Below, piece by piece: positions 32,881 to 44,343 of a DNA stretch of 64,000 bases. Each line of letters opens with the position of its first letter. Position 1 is the first letter of the stretch. This stretch comes from an uncultured Rivularia sp. Lineage in GTDB: Bacteria; Cyanobacteriota; Cyanobacteriia; Cyanobacteriales; Nostocaceae. Under the pieces are notes generated by a model that did no database searches, was not told the DNA's origin, and saw only the letters and a list, made by a program, of their open reading frames with translations. The DNA lies in contig OY762007.1 of NCBI GenBank assembly GCA_963665115.1, positions 6,240,001 to 6,304,000 on the forward strand, read 5' to 3'. Both the position numbers and the translations under genes were made by a program.

Positions 32881-35110
32881 ATGATGGAACAATGGAATGG
32901 GTTTCAAACTGGCAAGTGGATGAAGGAAATCAATGTACGTGACTTTATCCAAAAAAACTATAATCCTTACACGGGAGACGATTCTTTTTTAACAGGTGCA
33001 ACCAAAAAAACTCAAACTTTGTGGAATCAGGTAAAAACTCTGATGGAAACAGAGCGGGAAAAAGAAATTTTAGATGTTGATACAGAAGTTGTTTCGACAA
33101 TTACTTCCCATCAACCGGGCTATATTAACCGTGAATTAGAGCAAATTGTCGGTTTACAAACCGATAAACCTCTCAAACGCGCTATTATGGCTTTTGGCGG
33201 TATTCGAGTCGTGAAATCTTCTTTATCAGCTTATGGGTACAAACTAAATCTACAGACAGAAGAGATTTTCACTAAATATCGCAAAAGCCATAACGACGGG
33301 GTTTTTGATGCTTATACCAGCGAAATGCGGTTAGCACGACACTCCGGTATTATCACGGGTTTGCCCGATGCTTATGGTAGAGGTAGAATCATTGGCGATT
33401 ATCGTCGAGTCGCTTTGTACGGTGTTGATAGGCTAATTGACGATAAAAAAGAGCAGCTCGAATCTTTAGAAGTAGATGCAATAGAATCCACTGTAATTCA
33501 ACTCCGGGAAGAAATAAACGAGCAAATAAAAGCTTTGTTCGAGCTTAAGGAAATGGCTGTTAGCTACGGTTTTAATCTTAGTCTTCCTGCTAGCAATGCT
33601 CAAGAAGCAGTACAGTGGCTTTACTTTGGTTATTTAGCAGCAGTCAAAGAACAAAATGGTGCTGCAATGTCTTTAGGAAGAATTTCAACTTTCTTGGATA
33701 TCTATTTTGAACGAGATTTGCAGCAAGGTAAGGTAACAGAAACACAGTTGCAAGAATTCATCGACCATTTTGTAATGAAATTGCGGATGGTGCGTTTCTT
33801 GCGAAACCCCAGAATACAACCAATTATTCTCCGGAGATCCCACTTGGGTAACAGAATGTATCGGTGGTATGGGTGAAGACGGTAGAACTCTTGTGACCAA
33901 AAATAGCTTCCGTATCCTCAATACTCTGTATAATTTGGGAGCAGCACCAGAGCCGAATTTAACTGTACTATGGTCGGAAAGATTGCCAAAAGCTTTCAAG
34001 GAATTTTGTACAAATGTTTCTATCCATACCAGTTCAATTCAGTATGAAAACGATGACTTGATGCGTCCGTATTGGGGTGATGATTACGGAATTGCTTGCT
34101 GTGTATCTGCAATGCGAATTGGTAAGCAAATGCAATTCTTTGGCGCACGGGTTAACCTTGCCAAATGTTTGCTATATGCTATCAATGGCGGTAAAGATGA
34201 AAAATCCGGCGAGCAAATCGCACCAGCTTTTGCACCAATTACCTCAGAATATCTAGACTACGACGAGGTAATCCAAAGATTTGACTTGATGGTGGATTGG
34301 TTAGCAAAAACCTACATCAATATGCTTAACGTCATCCACTATATGCATGATAAATACTGCTACGAACGCATTGAAATGGCGTTACACGACCGCGATGTGT
34401 TCCGGACAATGGCTTGCGGTATGGCTGGTTTATCAGTAGTTGCGGATGCGTTAGCGGCTATTAAATACGCCAAAGTCAAAGTATTGCGCGACGAAACAGG
34501 ACTTGCTGTTGATTATAAAATAGAAGGCGATTTTCCTAAATATGGTAACAACGATGACCGCGCCGATGATATTGCTGCGGGCTTAATTACCGATTTTATG
34601 AACAAACTGCGCCAGCATAAAACCTATCGCAATGCTTTACCAACTCAGTCAATATTAACCATTACCTCAAACGTCGTTTACGGTAAGAAAACAGGTAGTA
34701 CCCCAGACGGGAGAAAAGCTGGAGAACCCTTTGCACCGGGAGCGAACCCCATGCACGGAAGAGATACGAAAGGGGCGATCGCCTCTCTTGCGTCGGTAGC
34801 CAAACTTCCTTACGAATACTCCCAAGACGGTATTTCCAATACTTTCTCTATTGTGCCTAGCGCACTGGGTAAAATTCCAGAAGACAGAATTAACAACTTA
34901 GTGGGAATGCTCGACGGATATTTCCACGATGGAGGACATCATATCAACGTCAATGTTCTAAATCGAGAAATGTTATTAGATGCAATGGAACATCCCGAAG
35001 AATATCCGCAGTTAACTATCAGGGTTTCTGGTTATGCAGTCAATTTCATTAAATTAACCCGAGAACAGCAGCTTGACGTTGTGAAACGGACATTCCACGA
35101 ACGGATGTAA
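32881..35110 (+). CDS. pflB: Pyruvate formate-lyase, with a +1 frameshift at ~33805
   Basis: [30 protein letters not shown] glycyl loop; frames join as FLRTPEYN. Confidence 0.93.
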
Positions 35111-35192
35111 ACGCACAAATTATGTAGAGACGTAGCAGTGCTACGTCTCCCTAATCTAGGCATTCACCCAATTATTAATAATTAAAATTATC

Positions 35193-36155
35193 ATGAAAAT
35201 TAAACAACAACACCTCGAAGCTTACCTACAATTAGCTCAACAATTGCTAATTTGTCCTCACGGTGAAGAATGGACATTATTAGAACGCAACGAACAATTG
35301 GTTACTCCTGAGTTTGTAAAAATACTCGAACATCTTGCAGTGCAACTGGCAGGAGAAGGAAAAGCAGAAGCATCCAAATATTTACACCATTGGTCAAAAC
35401 AAATCAGTCACCTATTTGAACAAGCAGTTCATCACCAAAGTAGTGACGAAAAATCCCAAGCTTATCTGCAACTTGTTCAAGCATTGTTAGATTGTCCTAG
35501 CGGTTCGGAAGTAGATATTTTGGCAGCAAACGAAAACTTAATTGATGCGAGTTTAGTCAAAATGATGAAACAAGTCGCGGCTCAAATGGCTAAACGTGAT
35601 GAAGAAGAAGCCGCTCGTTTTTTGAGCAATTTAGCTGCTGAAATTGGTCGCAACTTAGTGCCAGTTGATAACTATAAAGCCAATTTACAGAAAGATGCTT
35701 CTCTGGCTGATTTAGATAAAAACAATAGCTTTGTCAACTTTGAAAAATTTAACCAGCCTTTGGCAATTCCCAAAGAAAAACCAGAAAATGGGATACCACA
35801 AGAAACTACTACACCAAAACCACAAGTAGATGATTCGACGAAGCAGTGGATTGATGAAAGTCTTGCAGAAATAGCAGAATCATTGAAAAATCTTGAAGAC
35901 ATTGTATTTTCAAGACTGCAACCCTCAAATCCACTTTGGTACATGGATATATTAGAACGCGCTCAAACTAATGGTTGGATACTTACTACCGAAGAAGTAG
36001 AAGATTTGATTGGAGTAAAACCTAGATGTGAAGCGGGTAAAAATTCTTATCAACGCGGCTGCTGGGTGTTTGTGAAAGCAGGTAAGATGGGTTCTCAAAC
36101 AGGTTGGAGGGTGATGAAGGAAGAAGTTGAGATGCCAGGGGAAGTATTGGGATAA
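35193..36155 (+). CDS. Hypothetical protein with a duplicated N-terminal helical domain
   Basis: AYLQLAQQLLICPHGEE / AYLQLVQALLDCPSGSE. Confidence 0.8.
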   Translation: MKIKQQHLEAYLQLAQQLLICPHGEEWTLLERNEQLVTPEFVKILEHLAVQLAGEGKAEASKYLHHWSKQISHLFEQAVHHQSSDEKSQAYLQLVQALLDCPSGSEVDILAANENLIDASLVKMMKQVAAQMAKRDEEEAARFLSNLAAEIGRNLVPVDNYKANLQKDASLADLDKNNSFVNFEKFNQPLAIPKEKPENGIPQETTTPKPQVDDSTKQWIDESLAEIAESLKNLEDIVFSRLQPSNPLWYMDILERAQTNGWILTTEEVEDLIGVKPRCEAGKNSYQRGCWVFVKAGKMGSQTGWRVMKEEVEMPGEVLG

Positions 36156-36343
36156 TCTACAACAGCCTTCTGTGGGTTCTGGTTCCCAGGCTGAGCCTGG
36201 GAACGCCGGTTCTAGAGGCTCTGCGTCGGGTTATAAGTGGTGGAATATATTAGATAAACGAGTATCAAAGTGCGACTGACTAAAAGCCAATCGCACCAAC
36301 AATTCATTCATAAGCAAACACCAAACTAAACAACTCATCCTGA

Positions 36344-36856
36344 CTAGAATCTATAACCAACTCCTCCTTGAAGGCTAACAGCATCAGCAGAGCTATTTTC
36401 ATAAGCATCGATACCCCATTTCGCATCACCATAAACGATAACGCGATCGCTAACTTCGGATTCTGCACCAAGAGTAATTACAGCAGCATTTCTGTTACCC
36501 AGAGGGGTGTTGTCACCTTCGTCTGTAATCCAGGAATAACCAGCACCGAAGTAAAGGTTAGTATTGTCGGCAATTGGTGTATCAATAGTTAGCATTGGCA
36601 TAATAGCCGCAGCATCACCACCAAATAGAACTGCACCCCTCGCAGACATAGATGCTTCTGGGATTGCATAACGTCCTTGAACGTTACCACCGAATACTTC
36701 ACCATCGTTTCCTTGTCCGCCGCTAGTAACACCTCCTGCAATACCAACACCGATATAACTACCATCCATACCCATCGGTTGAGCAGCAGCAATTCCGCCT
36801 GAAAGAATAACGGAAGTTGCAGCAAATAGGCTAATTGCTACATTAAAAAATCTCAT
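36344..36856 (-). CDS. Outer-membrane beta-barrel protein
   Basis: Signal peptide, SYIGVG, terminal GVGYRF. Confidence 0.8.
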   Translation of the reverse strand: MRFFNVAISLFAATSVILSGGIAAAQPMGMDGSYIGVGIAGGVTSGGQGNDGEVFGGNVQGRYAIPEASMSARGAVLFGGDAAAIMPMLTIDTPIADNTNLYFGAGYSWITDEGDNTPLGNRNAAVITLGAESEVSDRVIVYGDAKWGIDAYENSSADAVSLQGGVGYRF

Positions 36857-37008
36857 ACAACCCTCCCGATATAAACTAAGTTAATTCTTAGCTATATCAA
36901 TTCAAAGATTTATGTTGATGTAGGATTTATCTACATTTTCTAGATTCGATAGAAAGGATTATTTGACAACTTCTACTTTCTATCTACTTTTAAGATAACG
37001 AAAAAACT

Positions 37009-37023
37009 TGAAGAACTCGTGAG
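37009..37023 (-). promoter_or_regulatory. Regulon box 13 (CTCACGAGTTCTTCA-N11-TATCTT)
   Basis: Motif variant and spacing. Confidence 0.7.
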
Positions 37024-37103
37024 TATACAAATATTAATCATTAAAAATAACTTCTTATGATAAAGAAAATAAAAAATTGCTTTCTAATTCTTCTTTTTAA
37101 TTG

Positions 37104-37118
37104 CTCACAACTTCCTCA
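37104..37118 (+). promoter_or_regulatory. Regulon box 14 (CTCACAACTTCCTCA-N11-TATAAC), no downstream CDS
   Basis: Consensus motif and spacing. Confidence 0.8.
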
Positions 37119-37290
37119 CATTTTTTGCCTATAACTCAAAATGAAAAAGCTGTGTTTCCGACTTCCACATTAGAGAGGTTCAAAGTGGGATGAGTGTTTA
37201 AAAGTTTAGTACCATACTTACTAAAATAAATATATGTAGAGACGTAGCACTGCTACGTCTTTATAATTTAGTCATTGAAACCACTAATCC

Positions 37291-37509
37291 TCAGCCCATT
37301 CTCCATTTCCCAAAAGGGTCTATAATCCAATCTCTAGGTAAATAATCATTTCTTTCTAACTCGCATTCAAAACAGATCCATTCACGAGGAGAGATAAATC
37401 TACATGCATGGCAGATTGGTTCATTGCAGCGAAGTTTTCCTCTATCAACCAGTTGTCTAATTTCATCTCTGATAGTTTCAATGTTATATGCTTCTATTGT
37501 TGGTAACAT
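37291..37509 (-). CDS. DUF4327-family protein
   Basis: YNIETIRDEIRQLV..PI..REW..ECELERNDY. Confidence 0.8.
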   Translation of the reverse strand: MLPTIEAYNIETIRDEIRQLVDRGKLRCNEPICHACRFISPREWICFECELERNDYLPRDWIIDPFGKWRMG

Positions 37510-37581
37510 AATTCACTTCCTCTGTATTTCAAAACCTTTATAGTAAACTGATTTCTTTAATTTCATCCTAAAAATTAAATG

Positions 37582-37596
37582 TGAAGAACTTGTGGA
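37582..37596 (-). promoter_or_regulatory. Regulon box 15 (TCCACAAGTTCTTCA-N11-TAGGAT)
   Basis: Degenerate motif, same spacing. Confidence 0.6.
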
Positions 37597-37684
37597 GTCT
37601 TAATTAAACTATGTTCAATAATTTGTAAGTGGTATTTTGCAGTAGGTATTGAATATAGCAAAATTAACTAAGGATAATTACTTC

Positions 37685-37699
37685 TTCACAACTTCCTCA
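37685..37699 (+). promoter_or_regulatory. Regulon box 16 (TTCACAACTTCCTCA-N11-TATAAC)
   Basis: Motif and spacing. Confidence 0.75.
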
Positions 37700-37908
37700 A
37701 ACTTGTAATTTATAACTATAAGTATAAAGATGCTGAGTTAAATTTGATTCAGTACTCTGCTGTAAATAGCAGGTTGAACTTGAAATTATACTTAATAGCA
37801 AAGTCATAGATTCACAATAACATTTGTCAAATTCTCAGTCTATATTTGCTTACAGATACATCCACTATATAAAAATCTGTAGAAGTGATATTGAAAGGAA
37901 GGTGTATT

Positions 37909-39126
37909 ATGACACTCACAAAAAATAAAAATCCACATCTGAAATATAGAAAAACTATCTTTTTTCTGTTATTCGCAACATTTTTAGTTGCGGGTAGTTC
38001 GTTTGGATGGGTTAAATTTCAACAGGAACAAGAAAGAAAAATTATACTAGCTCAGAGTTTACTAATCAAAGAATGCAAAGAGCAAACTGAAGCTGATAAT
38101 TTTTCGGAGACTAGCAAAAATGTAAATCAAGCAGTCAAATTATTGAACGGAATTCCAAAATTACCTGGCTCGACATATCCAGAAGCTCAAAAAGAACTGA
38201 CGAAATTTTCTGGATGCGTCAAAGCTGTTAATGCTAAGAGTAGTTTCCTGAATGCTGGAGACTTGAGTAAGAAAGCTTTTTCTGTAAATAATCAAACCGT
38301 TCTTCCTTTGGAAGAATGGCAAAAAATTCGTTTGAATTTAGAAACAGCAATTGTTGAGATTCAAAACATTCCAACTGATGTTGATGTATCAAAACAGGCT
38401 CAATCCGAACTCACCAAATACCAAAATCAGTTAAAACTCATCAATCAAAAAACCCAAAACGAACAAATTGCTGTTAACGCTTTGAATCGTGCTAGAAAGT
38501 TAAAGTTACAGGCAGAAAATATTGTTCGCTTTAATAACTTAAAGTCTCTGTCGAAAGCAGAATTACAAGTCAAAAATGCCATTCAGCTTATTAACAATCT
38601 TCCAGAGAAAACAACCATATATGAAACCAAAAAAGATTATTTGGAAGGCTATCAAAATCTACTGAATAACATTCAATATAAGATGGCTGTCATTCGGTTA
38701 AATGATTTAGTAGATAGTTTCCGCAAGTTTGCTAAAAAGCTGCATCGTAATATGGGATATATCGAATATTCCGAACGTCTTGAGAATCTTAAGTTAAATT
38801 TCGAGAATACTTTCAAACAACCTTTTGTTATCGAAAATTCCACTACGAAATCTTTAGAGAAGGTACTATCATACTACGATGATGCGTTAATTATTAAACG
38901 CTATTGCTATGAGGGAAACTGTATTCACTCTACTTCGGCTCTATTAGTCAGATATAGATGGAGAGTGTTATGGCTACCTACTTCTTTTAAATTGAATGGT
39001 GTACCAATTACAGAAAAATACGTTTTACGCGCAACCCCTAACATTTTGAAGAGGAAATATGTCAAAGTGAATGACGCTTTGCAAAGGATTTTTCATCAAG
39101 CTGAAGAAGAAATTAAGCAAATATAA
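37909..39126 (+). CDS. Hypothetical membrane-anchored helical protein
   Basis: N-terminal TM, repeated IP/LP..T..Y helical units. Confidence 0.75.
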   Translation: MTLTKNKNPHLKYRKTIFFLLFATFLVAGSSFGWVKFQQEQERKIILAQSLLIKECKEQTEADNFSETSKNVNQAVKLLNGIPKLPGSTYPEAQKELTKFSGCVKAVNAKSSFLNAGDLSKKAFSVNNQTVLPLEEWQKIRLNLETAIVEIQNIPTDVDVSKQAQSELTKYQNQLKLINQKTQNEQIAVNALNRARKLKLQAENIVRFNNLKSLSKAELQVKNAIQLINNLPEKTTIYETKKDYLEGYQNLLNNIQYKMAVIRLNDLVDSFRKFAKKLHRNMGYIEYSERLENLKLNFENTFKQPFVIENSTTKSLEKVLSYYDDALIIKRYCYEGNCIHSTSALLVRYRWRVLWLPTSFKLNGVPITEKYVLRATPNILKRKYVKVNDALQRIFHQAEEEIKQI

Positions 39127-39142
39127 TAACCCTTGTAAATGA

Positions 39143-39180
39143 AAAATTGCGGATAATTGAGATTAATTATCCGCAATTTT
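39143..39180. terminator. Bidirectional terminator-like hairpin
   Basis: AAAATTGCGGATAATT-loop-AATTATCCGCAATTTT between convergent genes. Confidence 0.75.
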
Positions 39181-39344
39181 CAATCATATTAGTTTACAGC
39201 TAAAAAGCAACCGTTACTCTCTAGAAGAATACCGATTGCTTTTGGTAATTAATGGATTCATATGCCTGGATAATTGTTTAAATTTGATGTATCAGTCTGT
39301 ATTATCCAAGCATTTGCTAACATTCACAGTTAGACAGGATATTT

Positions 39345-39878
39345 CTAATGGTATAGCTTACTTAGAGCGTGCCAAGTCCGAGGACCCACAATTCCATCTT
39401 GAATTAAAGCCATGTCTAATTGGAATTTTCTCACTGCTACTTCTGTGACTGGACCGAAATCACCGTCTATATCAAAGCTATAGTAACCGTGCAATGATAA
39501 GGTTCTTTGAATCATTCTTACATACTTGCCAGTACTACCACGACTAAGAACCGGGATAGGTGGAACCGGAGGAGCGCCGCTATAAAGTGCTTTCCAAGTT
39601 AGCGAACCGACAATACCATCTTCTTCCAGGAAAACACGATGTTGATATGCTTTGACAGCCCATTCAACATATTCGCTGAAGATACCGTCTATAACATCGT
39701 AGTAAAGATCCCAATATCTCAGCAGTTTTTGCAGTTCTTCAACTGCTTCTCCTGTATCCCCTTTTCTCAAAATCGGCTTATTCAACTTCATTGTTGTTTC
39801 CGACATCGAAAAGGTAGGAAGGTTATTTACATCAATAAGATGGTTGTTTTCCAGTTCGTTTCTGTCTTGAAGTTGCAT
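39345..39878 (-). CDS. Tandem peptidoglycan-binding-domain protein
   Basis: Two PG_binding_1 repeats (LRKGDTG..DGIVGSLTW; LSRGSTG..DGIVGPRTW). Confidence 0.88.
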   Translation of the reverse strand: MQLQDRNELENNHLIDVNNLPTFSMSETTMKLNKPILRKGDTGEAVEELQKLLRYWDLYYDVIDGIFSEYVEWAVKAYQHRVFLEEDGIVGSLTWKALYSGAPPVPPIPVLSRGSTGKYVRMIQRTLSLHGYYSFDIDGDFGPVTEVAVRKFQLDMALIQDGIVGPRTWHALSKLYH

Positions 39879-40041
39879 AATTTGTTTCCTCTTAATATAT
39901 TTACGAGGGTTTATACTGCGATACAGTTGAGTCATATATGAGTTAATCTAATATATTAAATATTTTAATTAACTCATTCTAGATAAAACATTTAAACCCT
40001 CTAACTAATGTTCTCTATACTTTTAATTTAAACGAAGATTG

Positions 40042-40056
40042 TGAGGAAGTTGTGAG
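40042..40056 (-). promoter_or_regulatory. Regulon box 17 (CTCACAACTTCCTCA-N11-TAAATT)
   Basis: Consensus motif and spacing. Confidence 0.82.
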
Positions 40057-40511
40057 CAAGCTAATATCTTTCTAAATAGATTATTTTGTTTGTAATTATG
40101 TGTTCTCGCGCACAATTCATGTATATTAATTCTTGATTCATCGATTCTTACAAGCTTGGCAATACTTGTAGTCTGCTGTTTTTTGCTAAAGTATTGATTT
40201 AGTTAATCACTCTTAAGTTCACCAGATGACTTGTAATACAATACTTTTATTATTTTTATTTTATAATTTAATATTAACTTAATTTTTGCAGACAATAAAT
40301 ATTATATTTATACAGTCTGTTTTGAGAAAACGCAATTTTAATATTGTTTATTTGTAAAAAAATAATTATATAATATCTATATTCTTATCTTGAGATAATA
40401 GCAATAATCAAATTATTCATATAAACAATTCAAAAATTATTTGCCAATTTATCTTTAATCCCGAAGATTGTTAAAAAAAATAAACTAATCATTATTTTAG
40501 AACCAAAAAAA

Positions 40512-40526
40512 CTCACAAAATCCTCA
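40512..40526 (+). promoter_or_regulatory. Regulon box 18 (CTCACAAAATCCTCA-N11-TATTTT), toward the P-type ATPase
   Basis: Motif and spacing. Confidence 0.75.
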
Positions 40527-40604
40527 ATATTTTTGAGTATTTTTAAAATATATATACTTATCATTCTTAAATCCAGTTATTCATTGAGAATATAGTAATG
40601 GACT

Positions 40605-43367
40605 ATGTACAAAAGTAAAATGAATATCGGCAAAAAAAAGTTTATAAAAAAAAGTATTAATTCCAAACAAATTGTAACTAAAATTGAAAATCAAAAAATA
40701 GAAGATTGGCATACTATCGAAGCTGATTCTATTATCGAATCCTTGAATAGTTCTAAAACTCTGGGATTATCTAGCGAATCAGCTTCAGAAAAACTTCTGC
40801 GATACGGACAAAACCTTTTACCTGAGTCTGCAACCCGTTCGGAGTTAAGTATTTTTATCGAGCAATTTAAGTCACCACCAGTAGCTTTACTAACTGCTGC
40901 TGCGGTGGTTTCAACCGCAATGGGTGGCTGGGTTGATGCTTTGGTAATTATGGGGGTTGTAGGTATCAATGCAGTTATTGGCTATTTTACAGAAAGCCAA
41001 TCGGAAAAAATTATTCACTCTCTGAAAAAACATGACCGCCCATCTACTTTAGTTCTTAGAAATGGTAGTATAACTCAGGTAAACACTGAAAATATTGTTC
41101 CTGGAGATATTTTAGTTCTAAAGCCCGGTAGCTATATTGCAGCGGATGCCAGGTTAATTAAAACAGAAAATCTCAGCGTCGATGAATCGGCTTTAACTGG
41201 TGAAAGTATACCAGTGACTAAAGCAACTCAATCCCTTCACGGTGAAGATATTCCTCTTGCCGACCGGATAAATATGGTATACAAAGGCACCTTAGTGACT
41301 GGCGGACAAGGTATTGCTGTGGTGACTGCAACAGGTCAATTTACCGAACTAGGACAAATCCAACAATTGGTAGAAGAAGCTAGCGCTACAGATACTCCTC
41401 TAGCAAAACAACTCGATAAAGTTGGTAGTCAATTGGTTTTCCTTAGTAGCGGTATCTGCGTTGTTGTTTTTCTGATTGGACTACTGCGGGGCTACCCTTG
41501 GCTGACAATGCTGACGACATCTATATCCTTAGCTGTGGCAGCAGTTCCTGAAGGTTTATTGGCTGTAGCAACTACAACCCTGGCTTTAGGTATTCGAGAT
41601 ATGCGACGACATAACGTCCTTATCCGCAGCTTGAACGCAGTAGAAGCTTTGGGTTCGGTACAGAAGATTTGTTTGGATAAAACCGGCACAATTACGGAAA
41701 ACAGTATGTCAGTAGTTGAAATACATACTGATAGCCGAGTAATTCAAGTAAATAACGGTAAGTTTGTGAATGGTGAAAAAACAATTTATCTCAGTAATTG
41801 CGACGAATTTCTGCAATTGATTCGAGTATCGGTTCTTTGCAATGAAAGTAATGTGTTGCCACACTCAGATGGTGAATATATCGTTAATGGTTCTGCAACT
41901 GAAAATGCTTTAATTTATATGGCAATTGATGCCGGAATTGATGTTATTAGTCTCAGAGAAGATTATCCACTCACATATATTAATCAGCGCTCGGAAAATC
42001 GTAATATTATGAGTACGCTTCATGGTACTTCTGATGACCGTATATTAATTGCAGTCAAGGGAACACCAACAGAAATTTTACACCTGTGCAACCGGCAGAT
42101 CAAAGCAGGACAAGTAATTCCCCTTACAGAAGATGATAAATTAGCAATCGAAGTAGAAAATAAGCGAATGGCCGATAAAGCATTGCGCGTATTAGCAGCA
42201 GCTTATACCTATACCAACGAGTCGGAAAACAGCGAATATACTGAACAAAATCTTATCTGGTTGGGTTTAATTGCCATGACAGACCCTATTAGGAAAGGAG
42301 TCGAAGATTTAGTGAGTCAATTTCATCAAGCTGGAATTGATACCGTTATGATTACGGGGGATCAAACTGCTACCGCTTTCGCAATTGCTAAAGAATTGGA
42401 ACTAGCCAACCACAATCAACTGCAAATCCTCGATTCTACGGATATTAAAAACATTGAATCTGAAGAAAAAACAGCACTTTTTGACAAAGTAAATGTTTTT
42501 GCCAGAATTAGTCCTGCTAATAAGCTGCAAATTGTTCAAGCTTTGCAGTCAGCCGGACGAATTGTATCTATGACTGGCGATGGTATAAATGATGCCCCTG
42601 CTCTCAAAGCTGCGGATATAGGTGTGGCAATGGGAAATAGCGGTACTGATGCAGCCCGTGAAGTTGCCGATATCATTATTGCTGACGACAACTTGGAAAC
42701 TATGATTATTGCTGTGAGTCGGGGAAGAACTATTTACAACAACATTAGAAAATCGCTGCATTTTCTGCTTTCTACCAACCTCAGCGAAATTATGGTGATG
42801 CTAGCAGCGACGACTTTTGGTTTAGGACAACCTTTAAATGCGATACAGTTGCTATGGTTAAATTTAGTTACAGATATCTTTCCCGGTTTGGCACTTGCAT
42901 TAGAACCAAGCGAACCAGATGTTTTAAGTAAACCACCCCGCAATCCTGAAGAACCAATTATCAAAACATCAGACTTTGGTAATTTTATTGTTGAGTCTGG
43001 AAGCATAACTTTGAGTAGTTTAGCGGCTTATGGATACGGTATCAGCCAATATGGTATAGGTTTGCAAGCAAGTACCATTGCTTTTATGAGTCTGACACTT
43101 GGACAACTGCTTCATGCTTTGAGTTGTCGCTCCGATAAATACACCATATTTGATATTAGTAAACTACCGCAAAATCAATATTTGAATATTGCTCTTATTG
43201 GTTCCATTGGATTACAACTACTGTCAATTGGGGTTCCCCAACTGCGAACGCTATTAAGTCTGACGACCATTAGTATTGCGGATAGTATTGTAGTTAGTAG
43301 TAGTGCAATTTTACCATTGATATTTAATGAAATTAGAAAAAAAATAATTGTAGGTAAAAATGTTTGA
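40605..43367 (+). CDS. Type II cation-transporting P-type ATPase
   Basis: TGES, PEGL, DKTGT, TGDGINDAP. Confidence 0.93.
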   Translation: MYKSKMNIGKKKFIKKSINSKQIVTKIENQKIEDWHTIEADSIIESLNSSKTLGLSSESASEKLLRYGQNLLPESATRSELSIFIEQFKSPPVALLTAAAVVSTAMGGWVDALVIMGVVGINAVIGYFTESQSEKIIHSLKKHDRPSTLVLRNGSITQVNTENIVPGDILVLKPGSYIAADARLIKTENLSVDESALTGESIPVTKATQSLHGEDIPLADRINMVYKGTLVTGGQGIAVVTATGQFTELGQIQQLVEEASATDTPLAKQLDKVGSQLVFLSSGICVVVFLIGLLRGYPWLTMLTTSISLAVAAVPEGLLAVATTTLALGIRDMRRHNVLIRSLNAVEALGSVQKICLDKTGTITENSMSVVEIHTDSRVIQVNNGKFVNGEKTIYLSNCDEFLQLIRVSVLCNESNVLPHSDGEYIVNGSATENALIYMAIDAGIDVISLREDYPLTYINQRSENRNIMSTLHGTSDDRILIAVKGTPTEILHLCNRQIKAGQVIPLTEDDKLAIEVENKRMADKALRVLAAAYTYTNESENSEYTEQNLIWLGLIAMTDPIRKGVEDLVSQFHQAGIDTVMITGDQTATAFAIAKELELANHNQLQILDSTDIKNIESEEKTALFDKVNVFARISPANKLQIVQALQSAGRIVSMTGDGINDAPALKAADIGVAMGNSGTDAAREVADIIIADDNLETMIIAVSRGRTIYNNIRKSLHFLLSTNLSEIMVMLAATTFGLGQPLNAIQLLWLNLVTDIFPGLALALEPSEPDVLSKPPRNPEEPIIKTSDFGNFIVESGSITLSSLAAYGYGISQYGIGLQASTIAFMSLTLGQLLHALSCRSDKYTIFDISKLPQNQYLNIALIGSIGLQLLSIGVPQLRTLLSLTTISIADSIVVSSSAILPLIFNEIRKKIIVGKNV

Positions 43368-43521
43368 AATTTTAAATAAGTATTACCAAAAAAACAGATT
43401 TAGATTTTTGGTTAATTATCTCAAAGAGCAAATTAATTAATAGATATTAGATTATTGTGATAAATGCAAAATAATTTACCAGCATTTTACAGACACAGCA
43501 GAAAAATATCAGATGTAACGA

Positions 43522-44343
43522 CTATACATCAATCATTTTCTTGTGAAAAAAGAAATATTTATTTTGTGTAATTATAACCACTGTCACCACAGCTAAAACA
43601 AGAGTAAATATACACTTACTTATCTGGTTAGCTTCAAATAGCTCCGATGAATAGTTTGCGAGTATGTGAAACAAAATAATTAGAGAAATACTTCGCCTAT
43701 TCTTGTAATACAAGTAATTCATGATAATAGCCAAGAGAATTATCCCCACAAAAAAGTTCACTGCGAATAGGGGATGATTTGCCCACAAAGAACTTTGGTA
43801 TGAATTTTTAATAAAAAAAGCTGGTAAATGCCAAACACTCCATAAAACACCAAAAATCATACTCGTTTTAAATAGGTTAAATTTACTGGCTAAACTATCA
43901 ACACCATAGCCTCTCCATCCCAGTTCCTCAAGTATTGGCACTAGAACTAATACAATCATACTTAAAATTACTTCGCCATCAAAGATTTTAAAATTTTCGG
44001 CAAATCGCAATTGTTCTAATGGCTGACCAAATACTATTGATATCAGGATTGAAAGCACCATAGCTATAGGTAAAACAAATAACGTAAATGGGATGTATTT
44101 TTTATTTATTAATCTTAGGTCGTAGATTCTTTTGATAAAATTAGCTCTAAAATGTTTATTACAAAAAACAAACATCATAACTAAAGCGGCAATGCATGGT
44201 CCCATATAAGTTAATAGTAAAAATATGATATTCTTATCTTCACCTTGATGACTTTGTACTGCCAGAATAAACCCATTTACCCACGTAATTGTAAATGCTA
44301 TTATAAAATAAAGTAGTGGTCTGTATTGATGTCTTTTCTTCAT
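43522..44343 (-). CDS. CPBP/Abi-family intramembrane metalloprotease
   Basis: EELGWRG, WSVWH, FHILAN. Confidence 0.88.
   Translation of the reverse strand: MKKRHQYRPLLYFIIAFTITWVNGFILAVQSHQGEDKNIIFLLLTYMGPCIAALVMMFVFCNKHFRANFIKRIYDLRLINKKYIPFTLFVLPIAMVLSILISIVFGQPLEQLRFAENFKIFDGEVILSMIVLVLVPILEELGWRGYGVDSLASKFNLFKTSMIFGVLWSVWHLPAFFIKNSYQSSLWANHPLFAVNFFVGIILLAIIMNYLYYKNRRSISLIILFHILANYSSELFEANQISKCIFTLVLAVVTVVIITQNKYFFFHKKMIDV

Noticed and set aside
33795..33815. Programmed frameshift in pflB
   Set aside because: No canonical slippery heptamer; the same kind of indel occurs in several unrelated genes
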